Notes: a model not told the origin generated them from the sequence alone. 64,000 nt of DNA from an uncultured delta proteobacterium (GCA_963775425.1 CAVZJB010000005.1:224001-288000); one strand, 5' to 3'. Numbered from the stretch's first letter, positions 39,481 to 48,455 are shown. A program made the numbers and translations.

Positions 39481-40842
39481 GTGCGCGCGCTCATCGTCGA
39501 CACCGGCCGCAAGATCACCCCGTTCGACGAGCCGCCGCACCTCGCGTTCTACGCGGGGCGCACCGTCGGCGACGACCTGCGCGACTCGCTCGCGCGCCGC
39601 GGGATCGACGTCGTCGACGGCACCGCCGCGCACGACGCGCACGACGCGGCACCGGCCGGCGCTGGGGGCGGGCGCGGGGGCCCGGTGCTGGTGCTCGCCG
39701 ACCACACCTTCGTCTCCGACAAGTGCCTCGGCGACTTCCTCGACCGCGCCCTCGACGTGGTCGGCGGCGGCCGGGCCGCCCGCCTCGCGCTCGCGCGCAC
39801 GCCGTCCGTGGACTTCCTGCGGCCCGTCTCGAGCGCCGCCGTGGAGTCGTTCGACGACAGCGGCCCGGGCGCGCGGCCGCAAAAGGGCTGGAAGGTCGAG
39901 CTCGAGGCCAAGGAGCGCGTCGCCTACGACTGCTTCCTCGTCGCCGCCTTGCCGGCGGAGCGCGGGCCGGCGCTCCTCGAGGAGCTGCGCAAGAGCGCGG
40001 TGCGCGTGGTGGTCCCCAAGCGCGAGCTCGGCATCCCCATCCGCATGCCCACGCTGGGCGACTCGCGCGAGACGTCGTCGCTCGTGCCCATCACGTCGAC
40101 GGTGGCGGCGCACGTCGAGCACTGGGTGCACATCCTGTGGCTCAACCAGATGGCGTTCGGGATCCGTTGGATGGAGATCGCGCGCCGGGAGAAGCTCTGG
40201 ATGGCGTGGCGCGCGCTGTGCGCGTTTCCGTGGACGCCGTTTTCGCGCTTCTTCCGCTCGCTGGTGAAGAAGGGCAAGGGTGTGCGCATCCACCCGACGG
40301 CCCTCGTCGAGGCCTCCATCCTCGGCGACGGCGTCGTCATCGGCGCGCGCGCCAGCGTCAGGAACAGCGTCCTCGGGGCCGGCGTCGAGGTCGGCGACCA
40401 CGCCACGGTCCTCAGCTCCACCCTCGGCGACCGCACCTTCGTCACTCCGCGCACCTTCGTGGTGTGGGCGGCGGCGTACGCGGACGCCGTGCTCACCAAC
40501 TACAAGCTGCAGGTCTCGCTCATCGGCCGCGGGGCCTCGCTGTCGACGTGGGCCGGGCTCATCGACGCCAAGCTTCAGGGCGAGGTGGCCGTGAAGCACG
40601 ACGGCGCGCTTGTCTCCACCGAGCGCAGCTTCATCGGGAGCTGCATCGGCCACGGCGCCTTCGTCGGCGCCAAGGTGCTCATCATGCCCGGCCGCGAGAT
40701 CCCGAACGGCACCGTGATCGCCATGCGCCCCGACGAGCTCATCGTCGAGGTGCCACGGGAGCTGCCGGCGGGCGTTCCGCTGGTGCGCGACGGCGGCACG
40801 TTGGTCCCCCTCGACCGCCTGCTCCCTCCGTCCGGCGGTTGA
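39481..40842 (+). CDS. Protein with C-terminal left-handed beta-helix (hexapeptide repeats)
   Basis: IHPTALVEASILGDGVVIGARASVRNSVLGAGVEVGD; GSCIGHGAFVGA. Confidence 0.75.
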   Translation: MRALIVDTGRKITPFDEPPHLAFYAGRTVGDDLRDSLARRGIDVVDGTAAHDAHDAAPAGAGGGRGGPVLVLADHTFVSDKCLGDFLDRALDVVGGGRAARLALARTPSVDFLRPVSSAAVESFDDSGPGARPQKGWKVELEAKERVAYDCFLVAALPAERGPALLEELRKSAVRVVVPKRELGIPIRMPTLGDSRETSSLVPITSTVAAHVEHWVHILWLNQMAFGIRWMEIARREKLWMAWRALCAFPWTPFSRFFRSLVKKGKGVRIHPTALVEASILGDGVVIGARASVRNSVLGAGVEVGDHATVLSSTLGDRTFVTPRTFVVWAAAYADAVLTNYKLQVSLIGRGASLSTWAGLIDAKLQGEVAVKHDGALVSTERSFIGSCIGHGAFVGAKVLIMPGREIPNGTVIAMRPDELIVEVPRELPAGVPLVRDGGTLVPLDRLLPPSGG

Positions 40843-40907
40843 TCAGCGCGGCCGCTCCCTCCGGTCGCTGATCAAGCTGATCAGCGCGGCCGCTCCCTCC
40901 GGTCGCT
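40840..40907. repeat. Exact 30-bp direct repeat, two copies (TGATCAGCGCGGCCGCTCCCTCCGGTCGCT)
   Basis: Copies at 40840-40869 and 40878-40907; fills the gap between convergent genes. Confidence 0.9.
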
Positions 40908-40909
40908 CT

Positions 40910-42019
40910 TCAATTCGCCTCGACGAAGCGGAAGCGGTCGCCCGCCCAGTGCGGGTGCATGCGCATCTTGTCGTCGTCGGCGAGGACGCGGGCGGTGCGC
41001 CGGAGCGGGTCGAGGAGCAGCAGGCGGTCCTGCGCACCGCAGGCGGCGCGCTCGATGCGCTCGACCACGAGGATGCGGTCGTCGTGCGCGGCGAAGCGGA
41101 CCCTCTTCACGCGCGCGCCCGGCGGCAGCGGCGCGCCCGCGAAGTCCGTGCCCGGCTCCGCCGTCATCACGCGCTGCAGGGAGCCGTCGACGACCTCGAC
41201 GAGGGCGCCGGGGGGCGCGAGGTCGAGGCCGATGATCCGGTCGCCGAAGCGGCGCAGGTAGACCTGGGGCGACATTTCGAGGGGCGGCCGCCCGGGGACG
41301 AGCAGGCTGTGGCGGGTGCATTCGACGACGAAGATGCCGGCGCCGAGATCCACGGCGTGGCCGCGGGCGGGCACGTCGACGCCGAGGGGCCGCCGGCTCC
41401 CGTCGAGGCCGATGCGCATCGTGGGCCGCGCTCCGGGCGGGGACAGCCAGGCGGTGACGGCGCCCTCGACGGTGAACAGGGCGCGCGCGTCGGGCGCCGG
41501 CGGCGCCGGCGGAAGCAGCGACACCAGGTGGTGCGGCCCGACCTCGACGACGACGCCGTCGCCGGCGACGTGCAGGTCCGCGGTCTCCCCCGGGCGCAGC
41601 CGCAGGGCCGGGGCGCGCGCCGTGCGGCCGTCGGAGAACACGAGCTCCACCTCGTCGCCGCGGTCGACGGCCAGCAGGCCGTCCGCGACGCTGATGCCGC
41701 CCATCGAGGGCGTGGCGTACAGGGACGAGCGCGGGACGACGGGGACGTCGACGGCGCGGTCGCCGACGACGGCGTGGAGCATCTCCCCTTCGTGGAAAGC
41801 GAACACCCCGCGGGCGCCGGCGAGGCAGTTGGCGGTGGCGCAGCGGGGCCCGGGCTGGAGCGTCCCGTCGGCGGCGACCGAGACGACCCGCGGCTCGCCC
41901 GGCCTGCGCGAAAAGAAACGGCAATCGACCTCGGCCGCGCGCCCCTGCGCCGGCGCTTCCTTGCATGCGGCCGCCGCGAGCACGCAGGCCGCGACGAGAG
42001 CGGCCTTGACCAATCGCAT
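40910..42019 (-). CDS. Hypothetical lipoprotein (beta-rich, possibly propeller-like)
   Basis: Lipobox AAAC; 369-aa ORF divergent from tRNA-Pro. Confidence 0.65.
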   Translation of the reverse strand: MRLVKAALVAACVLAAAACKEAPAQGRAAEVDCRFFSRRPGEPRVVSVAADGTLQPGPRCATANCLAGARGVFAFHEGEMLHAVVGDRAVDVPVVPRSSLYATPSMGGISVADGLLAVDRGDEVELVFSDGRTARAPALRLRPGETADLHVAGDGVVVEVGPHHLVSLLPPAPPAPDARALFTVEGAVTAWLSPPGARPTMRIGLDGSRRPLGVDVPARGHAVDLGAGIFVVECTRHSLLVPGRPPLEMSPQVYLRRFGDRIIGLDLAPPGALVEVVDGSLQRVMTAEPGTDFAGAPLPPGARVKRVRFAAHDDRILVVERIERAACGAQDRLLLLDPLRRTARVLADDDKMRMHPHWAGDRFRFVEAN

Positions 42020-42044
42020 CGAGCGAGGCTACATCGACGCTCCC

Positions 42045-42121
42045 CGGGGTGTAGCTCAGCTTGGTAGAGCGCTTGGTTCGGGACCAAGAGGTCGTAGGTT
42101 CAAATCCTGTCACCCCGACCA
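42045..42121 (+). tRNA. tRNA-Pro (anticodon CGG)
   Basis: CGGGGTGTAGCTCAGCTTGGTAGAGCGCTTGGTTCGGGACCAAGAGGTCGTAGGTTCAAATCCTGTCACCCCGACCA. Confidence 0.97.
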
Positions 42122-42226
42122 CTCTCGTAGACGATCAGAGCCGGCGCCGTCGCCGGCTCTTTCTTCATCCACTCGTTCGTCCGCTTCTTCGGCAACGGCC
42201 GCCCGAGCTGTGCGAGGCTCCCGGCG

Positions 42227-43228
42227 ATGACGGAACCGGCAGAGACCATCGCGGACGACGAGGCTGCGCGCTTCGAGGGCTACGCCGCCGAGCTGCGCGC
42301 CATGCAGAAGCGGCGCGCGGAGCGGCGCGGGACGGTGTCGCGGGCCCTGCATGCGAAGCAGCACCTCGGCCTCGTCGGCGAGCTCACCGTCACCGCCGCG
42401 GAGGACATGAGGCGGGGCGTGTTCGCCGACGCCGGGCGCACCTACCCTGTGTACGTCCGCTACTCGAACGGCTCGGGCGACCGTCGCGCCGACGCCGCCC
42501 CGGACGCCCGCGGCGTCGCCGTAAAGCTCGTCGGTGTCGCCGGCAAGAAGATCATCCCGGGCCTCGAGGACAAAAAGACGCAGGACTTCCTCTTCATCGC
42601 CGAGCCCGCCATCGCGTTTCGCAGCCCCGACGAGTTCATGAAGTTCGCGCGCGTCGCCGACAAGGGGCCGCTCGCCCTGCTCCCCGCGCTGCTGTCGTCG
42701 TTCGGCCTCGGGCGCGGCCTTCAGGTGCTCCGTCGGCTGGCTGCCATCCCCAAGGTCGCGTCCATGGCCGCGCACCCTTTCTACACGGCGGTCCCGATCC
42801 TCTTCGGCGAGGGCGCTGCGGTGAAGCTCGCGCTCGTCCCCACCGACGCAGCCGCCGGCGACGCGTCCGGACCCGACGCGCTGCGCGACGACCTCGCGCG
42901 GCGCGTGAAGGCGGGGCCGCTCACCTACAGCATGCGCGCGCAGCGGTTCGCGGACGAGCGCAGCACGCCCGTCGAGGACGCTTCGGTGGCGTGGGCGACG
43001 CCGTTCGTGGAGATCGGCAAGCTGACGCTGCCGCGGCAGGACCCGGATTCGGAGGCCGGGCGCGCGGTGGAGGCGCTGGTGGAGTCGTTGTCTTTCGATC
43101 CGTGGCACGCCGTCGAGGCGCACCGCCCTCTCGGCGCGGTGATGCGCGCGCGGGCGGTGGCCTATCGGGAGTCCGTGCTGGCGCGGCGGGCGGCGGACGA
43201 GCCCGAGGCCGTGTTGCCCCCGGGCTGA
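42227..43228 (+). CDS. Catalase-like heme protein (short catalase-related family)
   Basis: RALHAK (distal His), VYVRYSNG, DARGVAVKL, SFDPWH, RARAVAY (proximal Tyr). Confidence 0.85.
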   Translation: MTEPAETIADDEAARFEGYAAELRAMQKRRAERRGTVSRALHAKQHLGLVGELTVTAAEDMRRGVFADAGRTYPVYVRYSNGSGDRRADAAPDARGVAVKLVGVAGKKIIPGLEDKKTQDFLFIAEPAIAFRSPDEFMKFARVADKGPLALLPALLSSFGLGRGLQVLRRLAAIPKVASMAAHPFYTAVPILFGEGAAVKLALVPTDAAAGDASGPDALRDDLARRVKAGPLTYSMRAQRFADERSTPVEDASVAWATPFVEIGKLTLPRQDPDSEAGRAVEALVESLSFDPWHAVEAHRPLGAVMRARAVAYRESVLARRAADEPEAVLPPG

Positions 43229-43280
43229 TTCCGGGCCCGGGGAGCAATGCCCGGGCAATCACCGGCGTCCGTGTGAGTGC

Positions 43281-43649
43281 CTACTTCTTCGCAGGGAAAT
43301 ACTTGGTGCCGCGCGCCTGGCCCGTGAAGCGGACCTTCTTGTCTGCGACGAGCTTCTTCATCACGCGCGACAGGGGCTTGCTGGCGACGCCCAGGCTGTC
43401 GGCGATCTGCTCGATGCGGCGTCCGCCTTCGCGCTCCACCTCACGGAGGAGGGCCTCCGGGCTCACCTTGCTGCTGCGCGCGCCCGCGCGCGCGCCGCGG
43501 CGGGCGACGGCTCCTCGTCCACCACGCGCGGAGGCGCCGCCGAGGGCGTCCGAGACCGAATCAGCGACGGCGCGCTGCAGGATGTTGGTGACGTCGGCAG
43601 CGAATGCCTCGATGCGCTGAGCGAGTTGGCGTTGAATCTGATCATTCAT
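43281..43649 (-). CDS. Small basic DNA-binding protein (C-terminal winged helix)
   Basis: Amphipathic N-helix, R/G-rich linker, IEQIADSLGV..KPLSRVMKKLVADKKVRFTGQARGTKYF; GAGG upstream. Confidence 0.75.
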   Translation of the reverse strand: MNDQIQRQLAQRIEAFAADVTNILQRAVADSVSDALGGASARGGRGAVARRGARAGARSSKVSPEALLREVEREGGRRIEQIADSLGVASKPLSRVMKKLVADKKVRFTGQARGTKYFPAKK

Positions 43650-43693
43650 CGGCCCTCAATAGCAGCGGGCCCGGTTTTTCGCAGCAAACTTTT

Positions 43694-43784
43694 CAGATTA
43701 TCGCCCTGCGGGCGATCTGGGGACTGCAACAGATGTTGCACCGAGGAACCCGAACCAACCCATGGAAAACACATGCACTTTCCA
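43694..43784. promoter_or_regulatory. Lower-GC intergenic cluster of three inverted repeats
   Basis: ATCGCCC-TGC-GGGCGAT (43700-16); TGCAACA-GA-TGTTGCA (43725-40); TGGAAA-N10-TTTCCA (43763-84). Confidence 0.5.
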
Positions 43785-44041
43785 GGACCCCGGCCCGCCG
43801 CGCAAGCGGAATCGGCCTCGAAAACGCGTGGCCCGAGGGGCCTCGGCGGGGAAGATTTGACACGGGTCGGCCAAGCGCGGCCGGCGAATGCACCTGAATT
43901 CCCCGACCCGCGTCCTGCCCGCGAGTCGCATTGTCCCCTTGGGACGCTGGGACGGCGTCGAGACGGTCCGCGCGCACCTGACGAGCGACGTCGTTCGCCG
44001 GCCTGGTCGAGTCGTGGCGCCCCGCTTGCTATGATCCGCGG

Positions 44042-44870
44042 ATGAGGCTGCGGCGCTTCGGGAGCACCGGCCGCGACGTCGCTGTCGTTGGGCAGGGCAC
44101 GTGGAACATGGAGTCCGACGTCGACGCGGCCCGCGAGGCCCTCGCGCGCGGGCTCCAACACGGCATGACCCACATCGACACCGCCGAGATGTACGGCGCG
44201 GGGGCCGTCGAGAAGATCGTCGCCGGAGCCATCCGCGGGCGGCGTGACGACGTCTTCCTCGTGTCCAAGGTGCTGCCACAAAACGCGTCCAGGAGCGGAA
44301 CCATCCGCGCCTGCGAGCAGAGCCTCGCCCGTCTCGGCACCGACCACCTCGACGTCTACCTCCTGCATTGGCGCGGCAGCCACGCGCTCGCGGAGACCGT
44401 GGCCGCGTTCGAGTCGCTCGTGGAGCAAGGGAAGATCAAGGCGTGGGGCGTGTCCAACTTCGACGTCGACGACATGGTCGAGCTCATCGGCGTCGCCGGT
44501 CCGGGCCGCTGCGCGTGCAACCAGGTGTTGATGCACCTCGAGCAGCGCTACGCCGCCGGCGCCCTCGCCGATCTCTGCCGCGCGCACGGCGTCGCGCTCG
44601 TCGCCTACAGCCCGCTCGGCAACGGATCGTTTCCCCGCGGCGAGGGGCGCGCGGTCCTCGACGACATCGCGCGCGCGCACGGCGCCGGGCCCTACGCCAC
44701 CGCGCTCGCGTACCTCGTGGAGACGGGCGCGTTCGTGATCCCCAAGGCCGCCCACCGCGACCACGTCGATGAGGACGCTGCGGCGGGCGATTCTGGTGCT
44801 CACCCCCGCCGAGCGCGCGCGGCTCGACAGGGCATTTCCCGTCCGCGGCCGCGCGCTGCCGTCCCTCTGA
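44042..44870 (+). pseudogene. Aldo/keto reductase with 1-nt frameshift near the 3' end (or sequencing error)
   Basis: GQGTW, IDTAEMYG, DVYLLHW, GVSNF, AYSPLG, IPK. Removing one T at 44791-92 restores GDLVLTPAERARLDRAFP...LPSL, stop at 44868-70. Confidence 0.8.
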
Positions 44871-44951
44871 CGACGCGCCGACGACGACCCGACGGCACCT
44901 TCCTCGGCGGCGAGCGCGTCGCAGCGCTCGTCGCCGAGGCCCCCGCCGGCG

Positions 44952-45773
44952 CTATGACTCGCCGGGCTCCGGGCTCGCGTCCGTCTCCGGCGACGCCTCG
45001 TCCTGCTTGGCGCCGCTCCCTCCCTGGCCACGCTTGGTCTCTTCGCTCTTCCCCTTCTGGCGGACACGACCTCCGCCGCGGGCGCGCCCGCCGCGACTGG
45101 CGATGGCGCGCTGTTGCTCCGGCGTCATCGCAGCGAAGCCCATGGGGTGACGGCCGCCGCGACGATACTCGCCGCGCTCGACCTCTTCGCGAGCTTCGGT
45201 GTCCCAGCGTGCGTGGCCGCCCATGCGCCCGATCTTGCTGCGCTCGTCGGGGCGACGTTCCTCTTGCGCCGCGCGTCCGCCCTTCCGGCCGATCGCGCTT
45301 CGTTCCTCGGGGCGCCGCTCCTCCTGCGCCCGTCGACCGCCGCGGCTGGCGATCTCGCGTTGCTTCTCCGGCGTCATCGCGGCGAAGCCCATCGGGCGCT
45401 TCCCGCCTCTGCGGTACTCGCCGCGCTCGACGGCCTCGCGGGCCTCTTCGTCCCAGCGTGCGCGGCCGCCCATGCGGCCGATCTCACTGCGCTCTTCAGG
45501 CGCCCGCTCCTCTTGTGCGGCGCGGCCTCCCCGCCGCCCGATCTCGCTGCGCTCTTCCGCGTTGCGTTCTTCTTGCGCCCGCCTGCCTCCCCGGCTTGCG
45601 AGCTCGCGCTGGTACTCCGGATCGATGGCGGCGAAGCCGATGGGCTTTCGTCCGCCGCGCCGAAATTCCTCGCGCGCCTCCTCCTCCTCCAACTCCGTTG
45701 TCTGTTCGGGTTTCTTGTTCTGCTCGTCGCCCCCCGAGCTGCTCGAATTCGAATGTGATTCCGTAGCGGCCAT
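44952..45773 (-). CDS. KGG-repeat general stress protein (YciG/GsiB/Con-10-like)
   Basis: Three GFAA(M/I)xPExQRxxASRGG units and several ERSxIGRxGG units. Confidence 0.9.
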   Translation of the reverse strand: MAATESHSNSSSSGGDEQNKKPEQTTELEEEEAREEFRRGGRKPIGFAAIDPEYQRELASRGGRRAQEERNAEERSEIGRRGGRAAQEERAPEERSEIGRMGGRARWDEEAREAVERGEYRRGGKRPMGFAAMTPEKQREIASRGGRRAQEERRPEERSAIGRKGGRAAQEERRPDERSKIGRMGGHARWDTEAREEVERGEYRRGGRHPMGFAAMTPEQQRAIASRGGRARGGGRVRQKGKSEETKRGQGGSGAKQDEASPETDASPEPGES

Positions 45774-45888
45774 ACCGACTCCTCGGGGGCGCCGGTCGCG
45801 TCTGTTCACTGGGCGTGCTCATCGAGGCGACCGCTTCGCACCCGTTGCTACCTTCAACGTAACGACAGAATGGTTGGAGGAACACGTC

Positions 45889-46065
45889 ATGGTGGAGAAG
45901 GTGCTTGCGCTTCACGCGCTCATGCTTGCCTTGGTCTGGGTGCCCTTCGCGGTGGCCGGCGGGCTCATCGACACATGGCACAGCGAGGGCGGCCGGCGCT
46001 TCCGCGCGCAGTTCGTTCATCCTGTGCGCACGTGGCGGCTCACGCACGCCGGAGCACCCGCATGA
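45889..46065 (+). CDS. Small single-TM protein (58 aa)
   Basis: GGAGG 8 nt before ATG; MVEKVLALHALMLALVWVPFAVAGGLIDTW... Confidence 0.55.
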   Translation: MVEKVLALHALMLALVWVPFAVAGGLIDTWHSEGGRRFRAQFVHPVRTWRLTHAGAPA

Positions 46066-47077
46066 GCACGTGATCACCGAGCTCGTGGACGAAAAGGCCC
46101 CGTCGCCGGCCCGCCTCGATGGCGGCGTCGACGACGGGGCTCGGTGCGAAAGCGCGCAACAACGCGTCGTGGCTGGTGCCCGCTTCGTGCATCCCCGAGA
46201 GGATCCCGTCGGCGACGCGCGGAGCGAAGCCGGGGCCGATGATGAGCGACGCGATCCCGGCGCCGCCGTGCAGCGCGCCGTCGGCGTCGACGGCGCTCTC
46301 GAGCGCGCGCACCGTCGACGTGCCCACGGCGATCACCGCGCCGCCGCGCGCGCGCGTGGCGGCAACGGCGCGCGCGGTCTCCTCGGGGATCTCGTAGGCC
46401 TCCGGCAGCGGCAACAAGCGGTCGAGGGCGGGATCACCGGTGGCTGACAGCCCCGCGGCCGCGGTGAGGCGCGCGATCTCGACGCCGCGCCGCCGCAGCG
46501 CGACGAGGACGCTCGTCCGCAGCGCGCGCCCCGCCGATGGCATCTCCGCAGCCCACGGCCGCGACGCGTACGGCGTCTGCACGTCGGCGAGCGTGAGCGC
46601 GTCCGCCATGTAGCTGTACTGCACGGGCGCGGCGACGGCGAAGAGCGCGCGCGCGAGCTCCGCGTCGAGCGCGAGGCGCACCAGGCGCGGCGACAGCGGC
46701 GAAACCTCCGCGACGATCGCGCTCCCGCTGGCGCCGTCGCGGGCGCGGAGCGCGTCGCCGGCGATGACGCGCGGGGGCGGCGGCCGCCGATCGGTGTCGA
46801 CGCGCCAATCGCCGGGCCCGAAGAGCACGGCGCCGTACTTGCCGTCCTTGTCATCGAGGAGGCGGGCCTCGACGTCGGTGCCGTCGGGCGCCGTGAGCAG
46901 GAGCGACGAAGGGCGCGTGGCGGCGTCGTTGACCACGAGCAGATCGCCCGGCGCGAAGAACGAAGGCAGGGCGGCGAAGGGGTGAAGCTCGATGCAGCCG
47001 GTGCCCGGCTCGACGACGAGCAAGCGATCTTCCGCGGGATCTCTGCGCGGGCCGCGCGCGGGCTGCATGGTCATCAC
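46040..47077 (-). CDS. QueA-like protein (divergent SAM:tRNA ribosyltransferase-isomerase paralog)
   Basis: GDLLVVNDAATRP, VQTPYA, AEMPSAGR, AVGTSTVRALES, HELGD. Confidence 0.85.
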   Translation of the reverse strand: MMTMQPARGPRRDPAEDRLLVVEPGTGCIELHPFAALPSFFAPGDLLVVNDAATRPSSLLLTAPDGTDVEARLLDDKDGKYGAVLFGPGDWRVDTDRRPPPPRVIAGDALRARDGASGSAIVAEVSPLSPRLVRLALDAELARALFAVAAPVQYSYMADALTLADVQTPYASRPWAAEMPSAGRALRTSVLVALRRRGVEIARLTAAAGLSATGDPALDRLLPLPEAYEIPEETARAVAATRARGGAVIAVGTSTVRALESAVDADGALHGGAGIASLIIGPGFAPRVADGILSGMHEAGTSHDALLRAFAPSPVVDAAIEAGRRRGLFVHELGDHVLMRVLRRA

Positions 47078-47793
47078 GGCAGCACCTCCGCCGCGAGCGC
47101 CCGCCTCCCCGAGGGGTACGCGCCGGCGTCATCGATGATCTTCAGGATCTTGTCGGCGACGTCGGCGGGGCGGGCGAGGGTCGCCGGGTCGGCGTCGGGG
47201 ATGGCGTCCTTGTGCATGGCGGTGTCCATCTCGCCGGGGTCGACGCTCAGGACGCGCACGCCGGAGCCGTCGAGCTCGGCGGCGAGGACGCGGGCGGCGT
47301 GGTCGACGGCGGCCTTGGCGGCGCCGTAGGGACCCCACGTGGGGTACGGCTCGACGGCGGCGTCGGAGCTGATGAACACGATGGTGCCGCGGCCGCGGAC
47401 CACCATGCCGCCGGCGAGCGCGCGCGTGAGCGAGAGCGGGCCCACGGCGTTCACGGCGAAGACGCGTCGAAGCTGCTCCTCGTCGACGTCCACGAGCGGC
47501 ACGAGCGGGACCGGTCCGAGCGTGCTCGCGTTGTGGACGACGAGGTCGACGTCGCCGGCGAGGCCCGAGGCTTCGGCGGCGATGCGCGCGGGCGCGCCGG
47601 GGGCGCCGACGTCGGCGGCGACGGCGAAGGCCTGGCCGCCCTGCGCGCGCGCCTCGGCGACGGCGCGCTCGAGCGCTTCGGCGCCGCGCGCGACGCCGAC
47701 GACGCGGACGCCGCGCCTGGCGAGGGCGACAAGGAGCGCGCGCCCGAGCCCCTGGCTCGCTCCGGTGATGAGTGCGGTCCCGATGCTGGTCAT
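47074..47793 (-). CDS. Short-chain dehydrogenase/reductase
   Basis: TGASQGLG, HNASTLG, ISS, YGAAK, VDPGEMDT; start may be 47817. Confidence 0.93.
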   Translation of the reverse strand: MTSIGTALITGASQGLGRALLVALARRGVRVVGVARGAEALERAVAEARAQGGQAFAVAADVGAPGAPARIAAEASGLAGDVDLVVHNASTLGPVPLVPLVDVDEEQLRRVFAVNAVGPLSLTRALAGGMVVRGRGTIVFISSDAAVEPYPTWGPYGAAKAAVDHAARVLAAELDGSGVRVLSVDPGEMDTAMHKDAIPDADPATLARPADVADKILKIIDDAGAYPSGRRALAAEVLP

Positions 47794-47884
47794 GTGCGGT
47801 GCTCCTCTTGCTGTCATATCGATGAGATGCGCCGCCCTCTCGTTCGTCGACAGAAGTTCTTCTATGTGAGAATCTCGACGTCAT

Positions 47885-48433
47885 ATGGACGCCGCCGCTC
47901 GCTTCCTCGCCGACAACCTGCGTCAATTGCGAATGGCGCGCGGGCTCACGCAGGCCCGCGTCGCCGAGTCCGCGGGCCTGCCGCGGCCGACGTACGCCAA
48001 CCTCGAGACCGGCGGGTCGAACCCGACGCTGTCGGTGCTCGTGCGCGTGGGGGCGGCGCTGCAGGTGAGCCTCGAGGAGCTGTTGTCGCCGCCGCGGGCG
48101 GCGGTGCGCTTCTTCCCCAAGGGCTCCCTGCCGGCGCGGGTCCGCGGCGACGTCGTCGTGCAGACGCTCCTGCCCGAGGCGCTCCCGGGCCTGCAGCTCG
48201 AACGCATGGAGCTTCGGCCCGGCGCGCGCATGAGGGGGACGCCTCACGTCGCGGGCACGCGCGAGTACCTCACCTGCGAGCGTGGCGTCGTCGAGCTCGT
48301 CGCCTCCGGCGAGGTCTTCAAGCTCGGCGAAGGCGACGCCGTCGTCTTCCGCGGCGACCAGGCCCACACGTACAAAAACGGCGGAAACGCGCGCGCCGTC
48401 GCGTACTCCGCCGTCGTGCTCGCCGCCACGTGA
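47885..48433 (+). CDS. XRE-family HTH regulator with cupin domain
   Basis: NLRQLRMARGLTQ...LETGGSNPTL; PHVAGTREYL, GDAVVFRGDQAHTYKN. Confidence 0.92.
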   Translation: MDAAARFLADNLRQLRMARGLTQARVAESAGLPRPTYANLETGGSNPTLSVLVRVGAALQVSLEELLSPPRAAVRFFPKGSLPARVRGDVVVQTLLPEALPGLQLERMELRPGARMRGTPHVAGTREYLTCERGVVELVASGEVFKLGEGDAVVFRGDQAHTYKNGGNARAVAYSAVVLAAT

Positions 48434-48455
48434 TCACGGCAGGGAGCGTCGACGC

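Noticed and set aside
40840-40907. Mini-CRISPR
   Set aside because: Only two repeats with an 8-bp spacer and no cas genes
42045-42226. Prophage or integrative element at tRNA-Pro or tRNA-Glu
   Set aside because: No integrase and no duplicated tRNA 3' end seen in the window
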